64,000 bases of DNA from an uncultured Eggerthellaceae bacterium (GTDB lineage: Bacteria; Actinomycetota; Coriobacteriia; Coriobacteriales; Eggerthellaceae): contig CAJTVP010000004.1 in assembly GCA_910580205.1 (NCBI GenBank), positions 1,519-65,518 of the forward strand, in the 5' to 3' direction. Of the stretch, positions 52,670 through 62,232 are shown one piece after another (positions within the stretch are counted from its first letter, which is position 1; each line of letters starts with the position of its first letter). Below the pieces are notes generated by a model. The model was given only the letters and a program-made list of their open reading frames with translations. It was not told the origin of the DNA and ran no database searches. The translations under genes were made by a program, and so were the position numbers.

Positions 52670-54343
52670 ATGACACGTTCTATCATTGATCCTATCACCA
52701 GGATCGAAGGCCATCTGAGAGTTGAGATGGAGGTGGAGCAGGGCGTCGTGACCGATGCATGGGTCTCCGGCGGCTGCTTCCGCGGCATGGAGCTGGTGGT
52801 CCAGAACCGCACGCCCCAAGACGCCGCCCAGATCGTCCAACGCATCTGCGGCGTGTGCCCGGTCAGCCACAGCCATGCCTCTTCGATCGCCGCTGAGAAG
52901 GCCTACGGGATCACCATCTCGAACAACGCGCGCCTGGTGCGCAACTTGATCGAAGGCGCTCAGTTCCTGCATTCCCACATCCTGTGGTTCTACAACCTGT
53001 GCGCTCTGGACTACGTGAATCCGCTGGATGCGCTCAACGCCAACGTGCCGGACACCTATGATCTGGCCCAGGCGGCGGGCACGTCCCTGAACACGGATTT
53101 CTACGGGCTCAAAGAGAAGCTGGAGGCGTTCGCGGCCAACGGCCAGCTGTCCATCTTCTCCGGCAACTGGTTCGACTGCGACAACGGCGAGGGCTACAAG
53201 CTCACGCCAGAGCTCAACCTCATCTGCACCGCTCACTATCTTGAGGCTCTCAAGATGCAGGCGCGCGCCAGCGAAGTGGCGGCGCTCTTGGGCGGCAAGA
53301 TGCCCCACGTCATGACCATCGTTCCGGGCGGCACCGCCTTCGTGCCCACCGAGAGCAAGCTGGATGACCTGTGGGCCATGGTGAATGAGATCTATGATTG
53401 GGTCTCCACCACCATGATCCAAGACACCTTGGCGCTGGCCCCGGCCTACACCGACGTCCTCAAGTTCGGCAAAGGCTGTGGCCGCTACATCGCCTGGGGC
53501 GTCTTTGAAGGTCCCGGCTGGCCCTATGGCGGCGACTACACGGAGCAGATGATCCATCGCTATCTGCCCATGGGCGTGCTCAATGAAGAGCTTGAGGTGA
53601 GCAACGTCGAAGAGCCGCTCATCACCGAGTATATGGGGCATTCCTGGTACAAGGGCGACGGCCTGTATGAGTCCCCGTATTTCGTGACGGAGCCCGACTT
53701 CACCGAATACGACGTGAACGACCGCTACACCTGGGTCAAGTGCCCGGCCTACGACGGACAGCCCATGGAAGCCGGTGGATTCTCCCGCATCCTGGCGGCC
53801 TACCAGCGCAAGGTGCCGTTCATCGTGGAGCAGGTGGATTCCATGCTCGTGGCTCTGGGCGCTCAGCCCGGCCAGCTCTCCGCGCTGCAGAACACGCTCG
53901 GCCGCACGGCTTCCCGCCAGATCGAGACGCTCTACATCGCCGGGCTCATGAAAGAGTGGACCCTTGAGCTCATGGAGGCCATCCAGGGCGGCGATTCCGA
54001 GTTCTTCAAGGAGCCGATGACCACCACCGGCGAGGGCACGGGCTTCTGGGAGGCTCCGCGCGGCGCGCTGTACCATTCCGAGAAGATCACCAACAACAAC
54101 GTCGATGGCTATCAGATCATCATCCCGTCCACGTGGAACCTGGCGCCCATGAACGCTGAGGGCGTGCACGGGCCGCTTGAGCAGGCGCTCATCGGCTGCC
54201 CGGTTCAGGATGTGGAGATGCCCATCAACGCTCTGCGCACGGTGCACTCCTTCGATCCCTGCACGGCTTGCGCGGTCCACATCACCGAGCCGGCGACGGG
54301 CAAGACCTTCAAGACCGTGACGAGCCCGTGGGGGGTGAAGTAG
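52670..54343 (+). CDS. [NiFe] hydrogenase large subunit
   Basis: RICGVCPVSH N-terminal and DPCTACAVH C-terminal Ni-binding motifs. Confidence 0.95.
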   Translation: MTRSIIDPITRIEGHLRVEMEVEQGVVTDAWVSGGCFRGMELVVQNRTPQDAAQIVQRICGVCPVSHSHASSIAAEKAYGITISNNARLVRNLIEGAQFLHSHILWFYNLCALDYVNPLDALNANVPDTYDLAQAAGTSLNTDFYGLKEKLEAFAANGQLSIFSGNWFDCDNGEGYKLTPELNLICTAHYLEALKMQARASEVAALLGGKMPHVMTIVPGGTAFVPTESKLDDLWAMVNEIYDWVSTTMIQDTLALAPAYTDVLKFGKGCGRYIAWGVFEGPGWPYGGDYTEQMIHRYLPMGVLNEELEVSNVEEPLITEYMGHSWYKGDGLYESPYFVTEPDFTEYDVNDRYTWVKCPAYDGQPMEAGGFSRILAAYQRKVPFIVEQVDSMLVALGAQPGQLSALQNTLGRTASRQIETLYIAGLMKEWTLELMEAIQGGDSEFFKEPMTTTGEGTGFWEAPRGALYHSEKITNNNVDGYQIIIPSTWNLAPMNAEGVHGPLEQALIGCPVQDVEMPINALRTVHSFDPCTACAVHITEPATGKTFKTVTSPWGVK

Positions 54344-54344
54344 C

Positions 54345-55037
54345 ATGGCGCATCTGGCACATTACCGTGAAGCGCACCCGATGGTCTTCGTGGTGACGCA
54401 CTGGATCAACCTGATCTGCATGGTGTGGCTGATCTTCTCCGGCTTCATCATCCACTATCCGTTCATCCCGGTCATCATGGGCATCTGCCGCGGCTCCCAC
54501 GTGCTCTTCGGCTGCATCCTGCTCATCAACATGATCTTCCGCGTGATCGCGGCCTTCTTCGTGAAGACGGCGCCCACGGGCGGCACCCGCAAGCAGCGCC
54601 CGGACTATCTGTCCTGGCTGCCGCAGAAGGACAACCGCCATCAGGCGTTGGAATGGATCAAGTACTACCTGTTCCTGAAGAAGGACCATCCGCTCGGAGC
54701 CAAGCTGGGCGTTCCGCAGAAGCTGTCCTACCTGGCCATCCCCGTGCTCATCCTCATCATGTGGTGGACGGGCATGTGCATCTGGGCGCCGGTCATGGAC
54801 CTTGGTCCCTTCGCCGCCACGGTGAACTTCGTGGGCGGCGCCATGAGCATGCGCATCATCCATTACTACTTGATGTTCGTGTTCATCATCTTCATGTTCA
54901 TCCACATCTACCTGGCGAACGTGGAGAGCATCGCTCCGACCAAGCTCATGTTCATCCGCAAGGAGCATGGTGGACTCGTGTACGATCCTGAGCTGCACAA
55001 CATCGTCGGCGAGGACATGGATCCCCACAAGGACTAG
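54345..55037 (+). CDS. Ni/Fe-hydrogenase b-type cytochrome subunit
   Basis: Four-TM protein with conserved His residues, immediately after the large subunit. Confidence 0.85.
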   Translation: MAHLAHYREAHPMVFVVTHWINLICMVWLIFSGFIIHYPFIPVIMGICRGSHVLFGCILLINMIFRVIAAFFVKTAPTGGTRKQRPDYLSWLPQKDNRHQALEWIKYYLFLKKDHPLGAKLGVPQKLSYLAIPVLILIMWWTGMCIWAPVMDLGPFAATVNFVGGAMSMRIIHYYLMFVFIIFMFIHIYLANVESIAPTKLMFIRKEHGGLVYDPELHNIVGEDMDPHKD

Positions 55038-55062
55038 CCTTCGCTGGGTTGAAGCTCGCATG

Positions 55063-55097
55063 CGCCCCGGTCCTCTCAGACCGGGGCGTTTTTTTTC
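55063..55097 (+). terminator. Rho-independent terminator after the cytochrome b gene
   Basis: CGCCCCGGTC-CTCTCA-GACCGGGGCG followed by TTTTTTTT. Confidence 0.8.
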
Positions 55098-55196
55098 ATG
55101 CACCTGCGCCGATGAGCGTTCCCGGTCAGCGTTGGCTCTCGCGGCATCGGCGCGCATCTCCGATATCATGGATGCCAACGGTGAGAAGGAGGTGGC

Positions 55197-55625
55197 ATGG
55201 CAGGGCTCTCAGACGAAGAAGTGAAGCGCGAAGAGGCCTTCATGAAGGGGCTGCCTCGCGTCAACGTGGGCGCGCTCCTCATGCCGCCCATCTGGGGACC
55301 GGCCCATGGCTTCTGGGTGACCGTCCTGTACTACCCAGCGTGGCTCTTGGCGGACAACGTCTTCTATGGCGCGTATTCTGCGCCCACGCCGCTTTCCATC
55401 ATCCTGGCGCTGCTCACCTTCGCAGCGCTTTTGGGCGTCACCGTGGCGTTCTCCATCGTGGCGCAGCCCATCGCGGCCCATCGCGCAGAGGACAAGGGGC
55501 AGACGCGTGCGGAATACCTCAAGCGGCAGCGGATCTGGGCGGTGGCGTCTGCCGTGATCGGCATCATCTTCATCGTGCTGGCGACCTATTACAATCTGGT
55601 CCTGAGGCCCTATGTCGTCGGCTGA
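55197..55625 (+). CDS. Hypothetical membrane protein
   Basis: 142 aa with 3 predicted TM helices. Overlaps the following protease gene by 14 nt. Confidence 0.55.
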   Translation: MAGLSDEEVKREEAFMKGLPRVNVGALLMPPIWGPAHGFWVTVLYYPAWLLADNVFYGAYSAPTPLSIILALLTFAALLGVTVAFSIVAQPIAAHRAEDKGQTRAEYLKRQRIWAVASAVIGIIFIVLATYYNLVLRPYVVG

Positions 55626-56166
55626 GCGCGTCATCGTCATCTGCGTGGGCAATCGCCTCATGATGGACGACGGAGTGGGGCCAGCCGTCTATGATGAGCT
55701 GGCGAAAGCCTATCTCATGCCGCCGGAAGTGGAACTTCTGGACGTGGGCTGCATGAGCTTGGACATGCTCTCCAGGGTGGACGAAGCGGATCTGGTCATC
55801 TCCGTGGATGCTTTGGATGGCACGGGCGAAGAAGCGGGCACGATCTTCTCCTTCACCCCTGACGACATGGCGCGCCGCAGTTTCGGCGCGCAGTCGCTCC
55901 ATGATCTCCGTCTGGCGGATCTCTTCGATGCCGCGGCGCTTCTGGATTATGAAGCGGAGGGGCGTTGCTTCGGGATGCAGGTGGAGAACCGCTCTCCCGA
56001 AAGCGTCACCATCGGGCTCTCGAAGCCGGTCTATGACGCGTTGCCCCTCCTCGTGGACACGGTGCTGGCGTTCCTGACCGAGCGCGGCCACGTCATCCGG
56101 GACGCGAAGGCTGGGGATGCGGTGACGTTCGGATGGCATCACGTCATGACGCCCGATGAGGGCTGA
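55612..56166 (+). CDS. Hydrogenase maturation endopeptidase (HyaD/HybD family)
   Basis: VIVICVGNRLMMDDGVGPAVYDEL motif. Confidence 0.85.
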   Translation: MSSAERVIVICVGNRLMMDDGVGPAVYDELAKAYLMPPEVELLDVGCMSLDMLSRVDEADLVISVDALDGTGEEAGTIFSFTPDDMARRSFGAQSLHDLRLADLFDAAALLDYEAEGRCFGMQVENRSPESVTIGLSKPVYDALPLLVDTVLAFLTERGHVIRDAKAGDAVTFGWHHVMTPDEG

Positions 56167-56222
56167 CCGCTCCTTTAGAATGGCTTTCACTGACCGGAAC
56201 ACGACAGGATGCGGATGCTCCC

Positions 56223-59200
56223 ATGCTCATTGATGCCATAGAGAAAAGGATCGCTTCTTCTGGATGCGTGGACGGGTTCTGGGGGAGGCTGGATGCTGGT
56301 GAAGACGCCACGCTCGGAGTGGCCGCATCGGCGCGCCCTTTGCTGGTGGCCGCCCGCTTCGCCCGCGCGCTACAGCCAACCCTGGTCGTCATCTCCGGCG
56401 AAGAGGCGGCTGATGCCTTCGCGCGCAACCTGGTGGCGTATCTGGGGCGCAGGACGGTCCTCCGCTTCCCTGAGAGAGCCGACGTGCCCGGCGCGGGCAA
56501 GCCCGTTCCGGCTGAAACGGTATCCGACCGCCTCCGAGCGCTCCACGCGCTCTCAAGCGGAGAGCACGTGGTCGTGGTGGCCAGCGCCGCGTCCCTTCTG
56601 CGCACGTTGCCGCCTCCATCCGCTCACGTGGCGGAACCGCTCATCCTGCGGCAAGGGGACGATCTGTCCCGCCAGCTGATCCCCGGCGTGGAGGATCTGG
56701 ATTCGCTCAAAGCGGCTCTGGCGGCGCGCGGATATGCGAACACCGGTGAGCTGGATGGTCCCGGCACCTTCGCCATCCATGGAGGCGTGCTGGACGTCTT
56801 TCCAGGGAACATGGCCCATCCCGTGCGGATCGACCTGTTCGGGGATGAGGTGGAAGAGCTGCGCCGCATCATCGCGTCCACAGGGCAGGCCATCTCCTCC
56901 ATCCTAGAGGTCGCCATCTATCCGGTCACGGAAGCTCCCTTCGGGCGCAATGAGAGGAGAGCTGCGCGCGATGCCTTGGAGAAAGCGGCGCTCACGGATA
57001 AGAGGGCCCGCGCGCTTTTGGCGAAGATGGATGAGGGAGGCGCGTTCGAAGGAGATGAGGCCCTCATCCCGTTCTCCTGCAAGAAGACGGCCACCATCGG
57101 AGATTACGTGGGCGCAGACGCTCTCTGCGCGCTGATAGAGCCCCGTTCGCTCATCGACAACATGGTCAATGAATCCGTGACGCTCGCAGCCGCCTTCGCG
57201 GATTCGCCTTATCCCACCACGGGCATGCTCGCAGAGCCCACGAACATCTCGTTCGGCGACTGCCTCCATGCCACCTACGGGTCCATCATGCAGCTGGCAT
57301 CCCGCTCCGATGATGATCTTCCCGTCAAGCGCACGGACGTGGCCGGAGCCCCTGAGCGGCTCTATGCCAAGCTCAGAACATGGATCGAAGCGCGCTACCT
57401 GTGCGCGTTCAGCATCCCTGATGCTCGGGCGAGACGCGCCATCGCCCTGGAGCTCGTCGATCAAAGCCTCCCCATCACGGATGCCGCCGATCGGCCAGAG
57501 GACGGGGCAGGGGAGCGCGGTTCCCTTGAGCGCGGGGTGGTGAACCTCATATCCGAGGACATCCCGCTCGGCCTGGTCATCCCTTCTGCGAAGATCGCGC
57601 TCGTGTCCCTGGGGGATACCAAGCGCATGAACGCGGAGGCGGGCAGCAAGCGGCGGCTTGACATCACCGACATCACCTTCGCTTACAAGCCGGGGGACTA
57701 CGTGGTCCATTCCACCTATGGCATCGCGCTGTTCAAAGACATCGTGCGCCGGGACATGGACGGCGTCGAGCGGGATTACATCGAGCTGGACTACGCTGAA
57801 GGCGACAAGCTCTTCTTGCCCATCGACCAGTTCGACAAGGTGACGCGCTACGTGGGGCCGGAGGGCGTGAAGCCGAAGATCACGCGCTTGGACAGCTCGG
57901 ATTGGTCCCGCGCCATCACCCGCGCCCGCAGATCCGCGCGCAAGCTGGCGTTCGATCTGGTGGATGTGTACGCGCGCCGGGCGGCGGCCCAAGGGCACCG
58001 GTTCTCAGTGGACACGCCCTGGATGCGCCAGATGGAGGATTCCTTCCCCTATCAGGAGACGCCAGACCAGCTCAAAGCCATCGAGGATGTGTTCGCTGAC
58101 ATGCGCTCGGACAAGCCCATGGATCGGCTCATCTGCGGGGATGTGGGCTTCGGCAAGACCGAGGTGGCCATCCGCGCCGCTTTCGCCGCAGCCCAGGAGC
58201 GCAAGCAGGTCATGGTGCTCTGCCCCACGACCATCCTGGCGCAGCAGCATTTCACCAGCTTCAAAGAGCGCATGGCGCCGTTCGGGATGCGCGTGGAGGT
58301 GCTCTCCCGCTTCCGCACGCCCGCGCAGCAGAAAGCCACCCTGGAGGCGTTCGCGAAGGGGGAGGTGGATGTGCTCGTGGGCACCCACCGCTTGCTCTCC
58401 CGGGATGTGAATCCGCACGCGCTGGGGCTCGTCATCATCGATGAGGAGCAGCGCTTCGGCGTGGCCCACAAAGAGCAATTCAAGAACTTGCGCGAATCCG
58501 TGGACGTGCTCACGCTCTCCGCCACGCCCATCCCGCGGACCATGCAGATGGCCACCTCCGGCGTGCGCGACATGAGCCTCATCATGACGCCCCCTGATGA
58601 GCGGCTGCCGGTCAAGGTGCACGTGGGGGAGTGGGATCCCGACGTGGTCTCTGAGGCCATCCGCTTCGAGCTGGCTCGAGGCGGCCAGGTGTACTACGTG
58701 AGCAATCGCGTGCGCACCATCGATGACGCCCTTGAGCGCGTGCACGCCTCCGCGCCAGAAGCGCGCGTGGGCGTGGCCCATGGCAAGATGTCCAAAGAGC
58801 AGCTGGAGCACGTCATGGAGGATTTCGCCGCGGGCGAGCTGGATGTGCTCGTGGCCACCACCATCATCGAGAGCGGCATCGACAACCCGCACACCAACAC
58901 GCTCATCATCGAGGATTCGCAGCGGCTGGGCTTGTCCCAGATGTACCAGCTCAAAGGCCGCGTCGGCCGGTCCAGCTTGCAAGCCTTCGCGTACTTCATG
59001 TTCCCGGAAGACGCGTACCTCTCCGAAGACGCCCACGCGCGCCTGGAAGCGCTCTCCGACAATCAAGATCTGGGCAGCGGGATGCAGATCGCCCTCAAGG
59101 ATCTTGAGATCAGAGGAGCGGGGGACATCCTGGGCGCTGAGCAGTCAGGCAACATGAGCGCGGTCGGCTTCGACCTGTTCTCCCAGCTGCTCAACCAGGC

Positions 59201-59723
59201 GGTCGGGCAGATCCGCGAAACGCCGGCCGGAAGCCCGCTGGATGCGCGCGACCTGTCGGACATCACCGTGAGCATCCCCGGCCATGCCTTCTTCTCGGAC
59301 GACTTCCTGCCGGACATCGGGGAGCGGGTGCTGTGGTATCGCAAGGTGGCGAGCGCCTACACCGTGGAAGATGTGGATGCGATCCAGGCCGAGCTCATCC
59401 AAAGCCACGGCGAGCTGCCTCGTGAAGTCCAAAGCCTCTTCCAGAAGGCGCGCTTGCGCGCTTTCGCCGCCAAGCATGGCGTCTCGCACATCTCCGTCAG
59501 CGCGGGCAAGCTGAACGCCATCGGGCTCACCCTTGATCGCGAAGGGCGCATCGGGCTCAAAAGGAGCGGCGGCCGGTATCTGGAGGACAAGAAGAAGCTC
59601 ATCATCGGCTTGGACAAGGTATCATCAGACGCAGAAGATGACGACGGCGCGGATGACCTCTCAGCGGTCATCCTCCGTTTCCTGGAACGGATCATGGAAG
59701 GAGAGTCAGATGGCAGCGAATAG
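56223..59723 (+). CDS. mfd: Transcription-repair coupling factor
   Basis: 1166 aa with UvrB-homology N-part, CarD/RID domain, SF2 helicase motifs (GDVGFGKTEVA, DEEQRFGV) and TRG motif. Confidence 0.95.
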   Translation: MLIDAIEKRIASSGCVDGFWGRLDAGEDATLGVAASARPLLVAARFARALQPTLVVISGEEAADAFARNLVAYLGRRTVLRFPERADVPGAGKPVPAETVSDRLRALHALSSGEHVVVVASAASLLRTLPPPSAHVAEPLILRQGDDLSRQLIPGVEDLDSLKAALAARGYANTGELDGPGTFAIHGGVLDVFPGNMAHPVRIDLFGDEVEELRRIIASTGQAISSILEVAIYPVTEAPFGRNERRAARDALEKAALTDKRARALLAKMDEGGAFEGDEALIPFSCKKTATIGDYVGADALCALIEPRSLIDNMVNESVTLAAAFADSPYPTTGMLAEPTNISFGDCLHATYGSIMQLASRSDDDLPVKRTDVAGAPERLYAKLRTWIEARYLCAFSIPDARARRAIALELVDQSLPITDAADRPEDGAGERGSLERGVVNLISEDIPLGLVIPSAKIALVSLGDTKRMNAEAGSKRRLDITDITFAYKPGDYVVHSTYGIALFKDIVRRDMDGVERDYIELDYAEGDKLFLPIDQFDKVTRYVGPEGVKPKITRLDSSDWSRAITRARRSARKLAFDLVDVYARRAAAQGHRFSVDTPWMRQMEDSFPYQETPDQLKAIEDVFADMRSDKPMDRLICGDVGFGKTEVAIRAAFAAAQERKQVMVLCPTTILAQQHFTSFKERMAPFGMRVEVLSRFRTPAQQKATLEAFAKGEVDVLVGTHRLLSRDVNPHALGLVIIDEEQRFGVAHKEQFKNLRESVDVLTLSATPIPRTMQMATSGVRDMSLIMTPPDERLPVKVHVGEWDPDVVSEAIRFELARGGQVYYVSNRVRTIDDALERVHASAPEARVGVAHGKMSKEQLEHVMEDFAAGELDVLVATTIIESGIDNPHTNTLIIEDSQRLGLSQMYQLKGRVGRSSLQAFAYFMFPEDAYLSEDAHARLEALSDNQDLGSGMQIALKDLEIRGAGDILGAEQSGNMSAVGFDLFSQLLNQAVGQIRETPAGSPLDARDLSDITVSIPGHAFFSDDFLPDIGERVLWYRKVASAYTVEDVDAIQAELIQSHGELPREVQSLFQKARLRAFAAKHGVSHISVSAGKLNAIGLTLDREGRIGLKRSGGRYLEDKKKLIIGLDKVSSDAEDDDGADDLSAVILRFLERIMEGESDGSE

Positions 59724-61323
59724 GGAGGATGAGGTGCGCGTGCGTTTCGCGCCCTCGCCCACGGGCATGTTGCATCTCGGGGGCGCTCGCACGGCCATTT
59801 ACAACTGGGCGTTCGCCCGGGCATGCGGAGGAGACTTCATCTTGCGCATCGAGGACACCGATCCTGAGCGCTCCACGGAGGAGAACACGCAGATCATCCT
59901 GCGCGCCCTTCGCTGGCTGGGGCTTGATTGGGACGAGGGTCCGGAAATCGGAGGTGCGGTCGGGCCGTATTTCCAGACGGAGCGCATGGGCACCTACGAG
60001 GCGGCCCTGGAGGAATTGAAGGCGAAAGGCGCGGCTTACCCTTGCTTCTGCACCAAGGAGCGCTTGGACGCATGCCGCCAGGAGGCGGAGCGCGAGCATG
60101 GCGGCTATGCCGGCTATGACGGCCATTGCCGCTCCATCCCCGCGGAGGAGGCGGCCTCGCGCATCGCAGCGGGCGAGCCCCATGTGTGGCGCTTGCGCGT
60201 GCCGGAAGGCCATGGCCCCATCCAGTTCGACGATGCGGTCTACGGTCCCATGGCGTTCCCCGCCGATGTCATGGACGATCTGATCCTCGTGCGATCGGAC
60301 GGCAGCCCCACCTACAACTTCGCCGTGGTCTGCGACGATGCGAACATGGGCATCACCCACGTGATCCGCGGGGATGACCACCTGTCCAACACGCCGCGCC
60401 AGATCTTGATCTACGAAGCGCTCGGCTTTGACGTGCCCACCTTCGCGCACCTGCCCATGATCTTAGGCCCGGACGGGAAGAAGCTCTCGAAGCGCCATGG
60501 AGCTACGAACGTGGAGGATTACCGCGACCGCGGCTTCCTGCCTGATGCCATGGTGAACTACCTGGCGCTTCTGGGGTGGAGCCTGGATGGAGAGACCACG
60601 GTCATCTCGAAAGAGACGCTCTGCCATGATTTCTCCCTGGAGCGCATCTCCAAGAAGGACGCCGTGTTCGATGAGGAGAAGCTCACCTGGTTGGATGGCG
60701 TGCACATCCGCGAGATGGACGAGGGCGCATGGCTGGATGCGGCAGCGCCATGGCTCGCCTATGCGCGCTGCCTGGGAGAGCGGGTGGCGCCCGGTGTGAG
60801 CGTCCACCCCAGCCCCACCAAGGAGGAGCAGAAAGAGCGCATCCGTCAGCTGTTGGCTCCCTGGCGCGAGGTCCCAGAAGAAGCATGGCAACGGGCGCTC
60901 GCATCCGTGGCGGATGAGCGTTCTTGGCACGCGCAGGTCTATCCGCTCATCATCGAGCGGCAGACCACCTTCAATGAGCTGCCTGACAAGCTCTCCTACC
61001 TTTTCTGGGGCAAGAACGTCGCCCTGGATGAGAAGAGCGTGGCGAAGGTCCTGAAGAAGGAGGATGGGCGCGCAGAAGAGGCGCTTCGGATCTGCCGAGG
61101 CGTCTTGGCGGACGAGAGCATCCCGTGGGATGCTGACGGGTTGCAGGAGGAGTGCCGCGCGCGGGGAGAGGCGGCCGAGCTGAAGCCGAAGCTCTTGTTC
61201 CAGCCGTTGCGCGTGGCCGTCTGCGGAAACCAAGTGTCCCCGCCTCTGTTCGAGTCCATCGTGCTGTTGCCGCGAGAGGATGTCTTGGCGCGCATCGACG
61301 GCGTGCTGGAAACCATCTTCTAG
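59710..61323 (+). CDS. gltX: Glutamate--tRNA ligase
   Basis: RFAPSPTGMLHLGGART (HIGH) and KLSKR (KMSKS). ATG 59710 overlaps the mfd end by 14 nt. Confidence 0.9.
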   Translation: MAANREDEVRVRFAPSPTGMLHLGGARTAIYNWAFARACGGDFILRIEDTDPERSTEENTQIILRALRWLGLDWDEGPEIGGAVGPYFQTERMGTYEAALEELKAKGAAYPCFCTKERLDACRQEAEREHGGYAGYDGHCRSIPAEEAASRIAAGEPHVWRLRVPEGHGPIQFDDAVYGPMAFPADVMDDLILVRSDGSPTYNFAVVCDDANMGITHVIRGDDHLSNTPRQILIYEALGFDVPTFAHLPMILGPDGKKLSKRHGATNVEDYRDRGFLPDAMVNYLALLGWSLDGETTVISKETLCHDFSLERISKKDAVFDEEKLTWLDGVHIREMDEGAWLDAAAPWLAYARCLGERVAPGVSVHPSPTKEEQKERIRQLLAPWREVPEEAWQRALASVADERSWHAQVYPLIIERQTTFNELPDKLSYLFWGKNVALDEKSVAKVLKKEDGRAEEALRICRGVLADESIPWDADGLQEECRARGEAAELKPKLLFQPLRVAVCGNQVSPPLFESIVLLPREDVLARIDGVLETIF

Positions 61324-61359
61324 TTCGGGCCGCTTCCGTCCCTGCTGGCGCGCGGCCCG

Positions 61360-62232
61360 TCAGGCTTGCTCACCTGCGGGGACGAACGGCTCTTCGGCTT
61401 TCGGCGTTCGCTTGCGGAGGATGACGGCGCCGATGATGATGCTCACCACGGCCACGAGCGCGCTGCTCGCCAACCACACCGCTCCCATGCCCACCCAGAA
61501 CCCTTCGGGATACATCTGGATGAGCAAGCTGTCAGCGGGGAAGAGCCATGTTCCTTCTGCGAAGAAGAGGCCATGTAGGCAGGCGAAGAGGCTCTCGAAG
61601 CTGATGATCGCCCAAAGCCCAGCCAGAGCGAACGCGCCCAGGGCGGCGCAGCCGCTCGCGAAGAGCGCTCGTCCCGCCGCTTTCGCGCCGAACAGATAGA
61701 CGAGGCACATCAAGCAGAACGCGGCGATGAGCGTGACGCCGATGAGCGGCGTGCGCGCGTTCGCCACGACGGCGTTCACATCCTCCAGGTGGCTCACGGC
61801 TTCTCGGTCCAGCCCATAAGCCGGGTCCAGCTCGGATAGCGCGTACATGGCCTCTGAGGCGCTCACATCCTGTGACCCCGCTTGGGAGAGGAACTCTCGA
61901 GCTTCATCGGTCCAGACTGCTCCCTTCTCAGAGGAGGCGGCAGAAGCGGTGGCCGCATCCAAGACCTCATGCGCCAGCTTCTCCACAGCCGTCTCAGCTT
62001 CTTCGTCGGTCTGGAAGCCGTCGTCCACGGTGAAGCCCCTCGTCGCGATGGCCAGCTCCACCAGCTCATCGTGGGCGTGCGGAGAAGCGTCGAAAGCGCT
62101 GTTCGCGTTCGAAAGGGAGCGCGTGACCATGGGAAAGCCCGCGCAGAGCGCGAACCCGATCCCCAGATACGTGACCGCCAGCGCGATGGTGGCGATCACC
62201 GTGAGGACGGTCCGTTGGGCCTGCTTGCTCAT
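61360..62232 (-). CDS. TIGR01906/DUF1461 family integral membrane protein (Lit-like)
   Basis: N-terminal TM segment, large extracytoplasmic segment, C-terminal TMs with FAEGTWLFPADSLLIQMYPEGFW block. Start at MSKQ (ATG rc 62230-62232). Confidence 0.6.
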   Translation of the reverse strand: MSKQAQRTVLTVIATIALAVTYLGIGFALCAGFPMVTRSLSNANSAFDASPHAHDELVELAIATRGFTVDDGFQTDEEAETAVEKLAHEVLDAATASAASSEKGAVWTDEAREFLSQAGSQDVSASEAMYALSELDPAYGLDREAVSHLEDVNAVVANARTPLIGVTLIAAFCLMCLVYLFGAKAAGRALFASGCAALGAFALAGLWAIISFESLFACLHGLFFAEGTWLFPADSLLIQMYPEGFWVGMGAVWLASSALVAVVSIIIGAVILRKRTPKAEEPFVPAGEQA

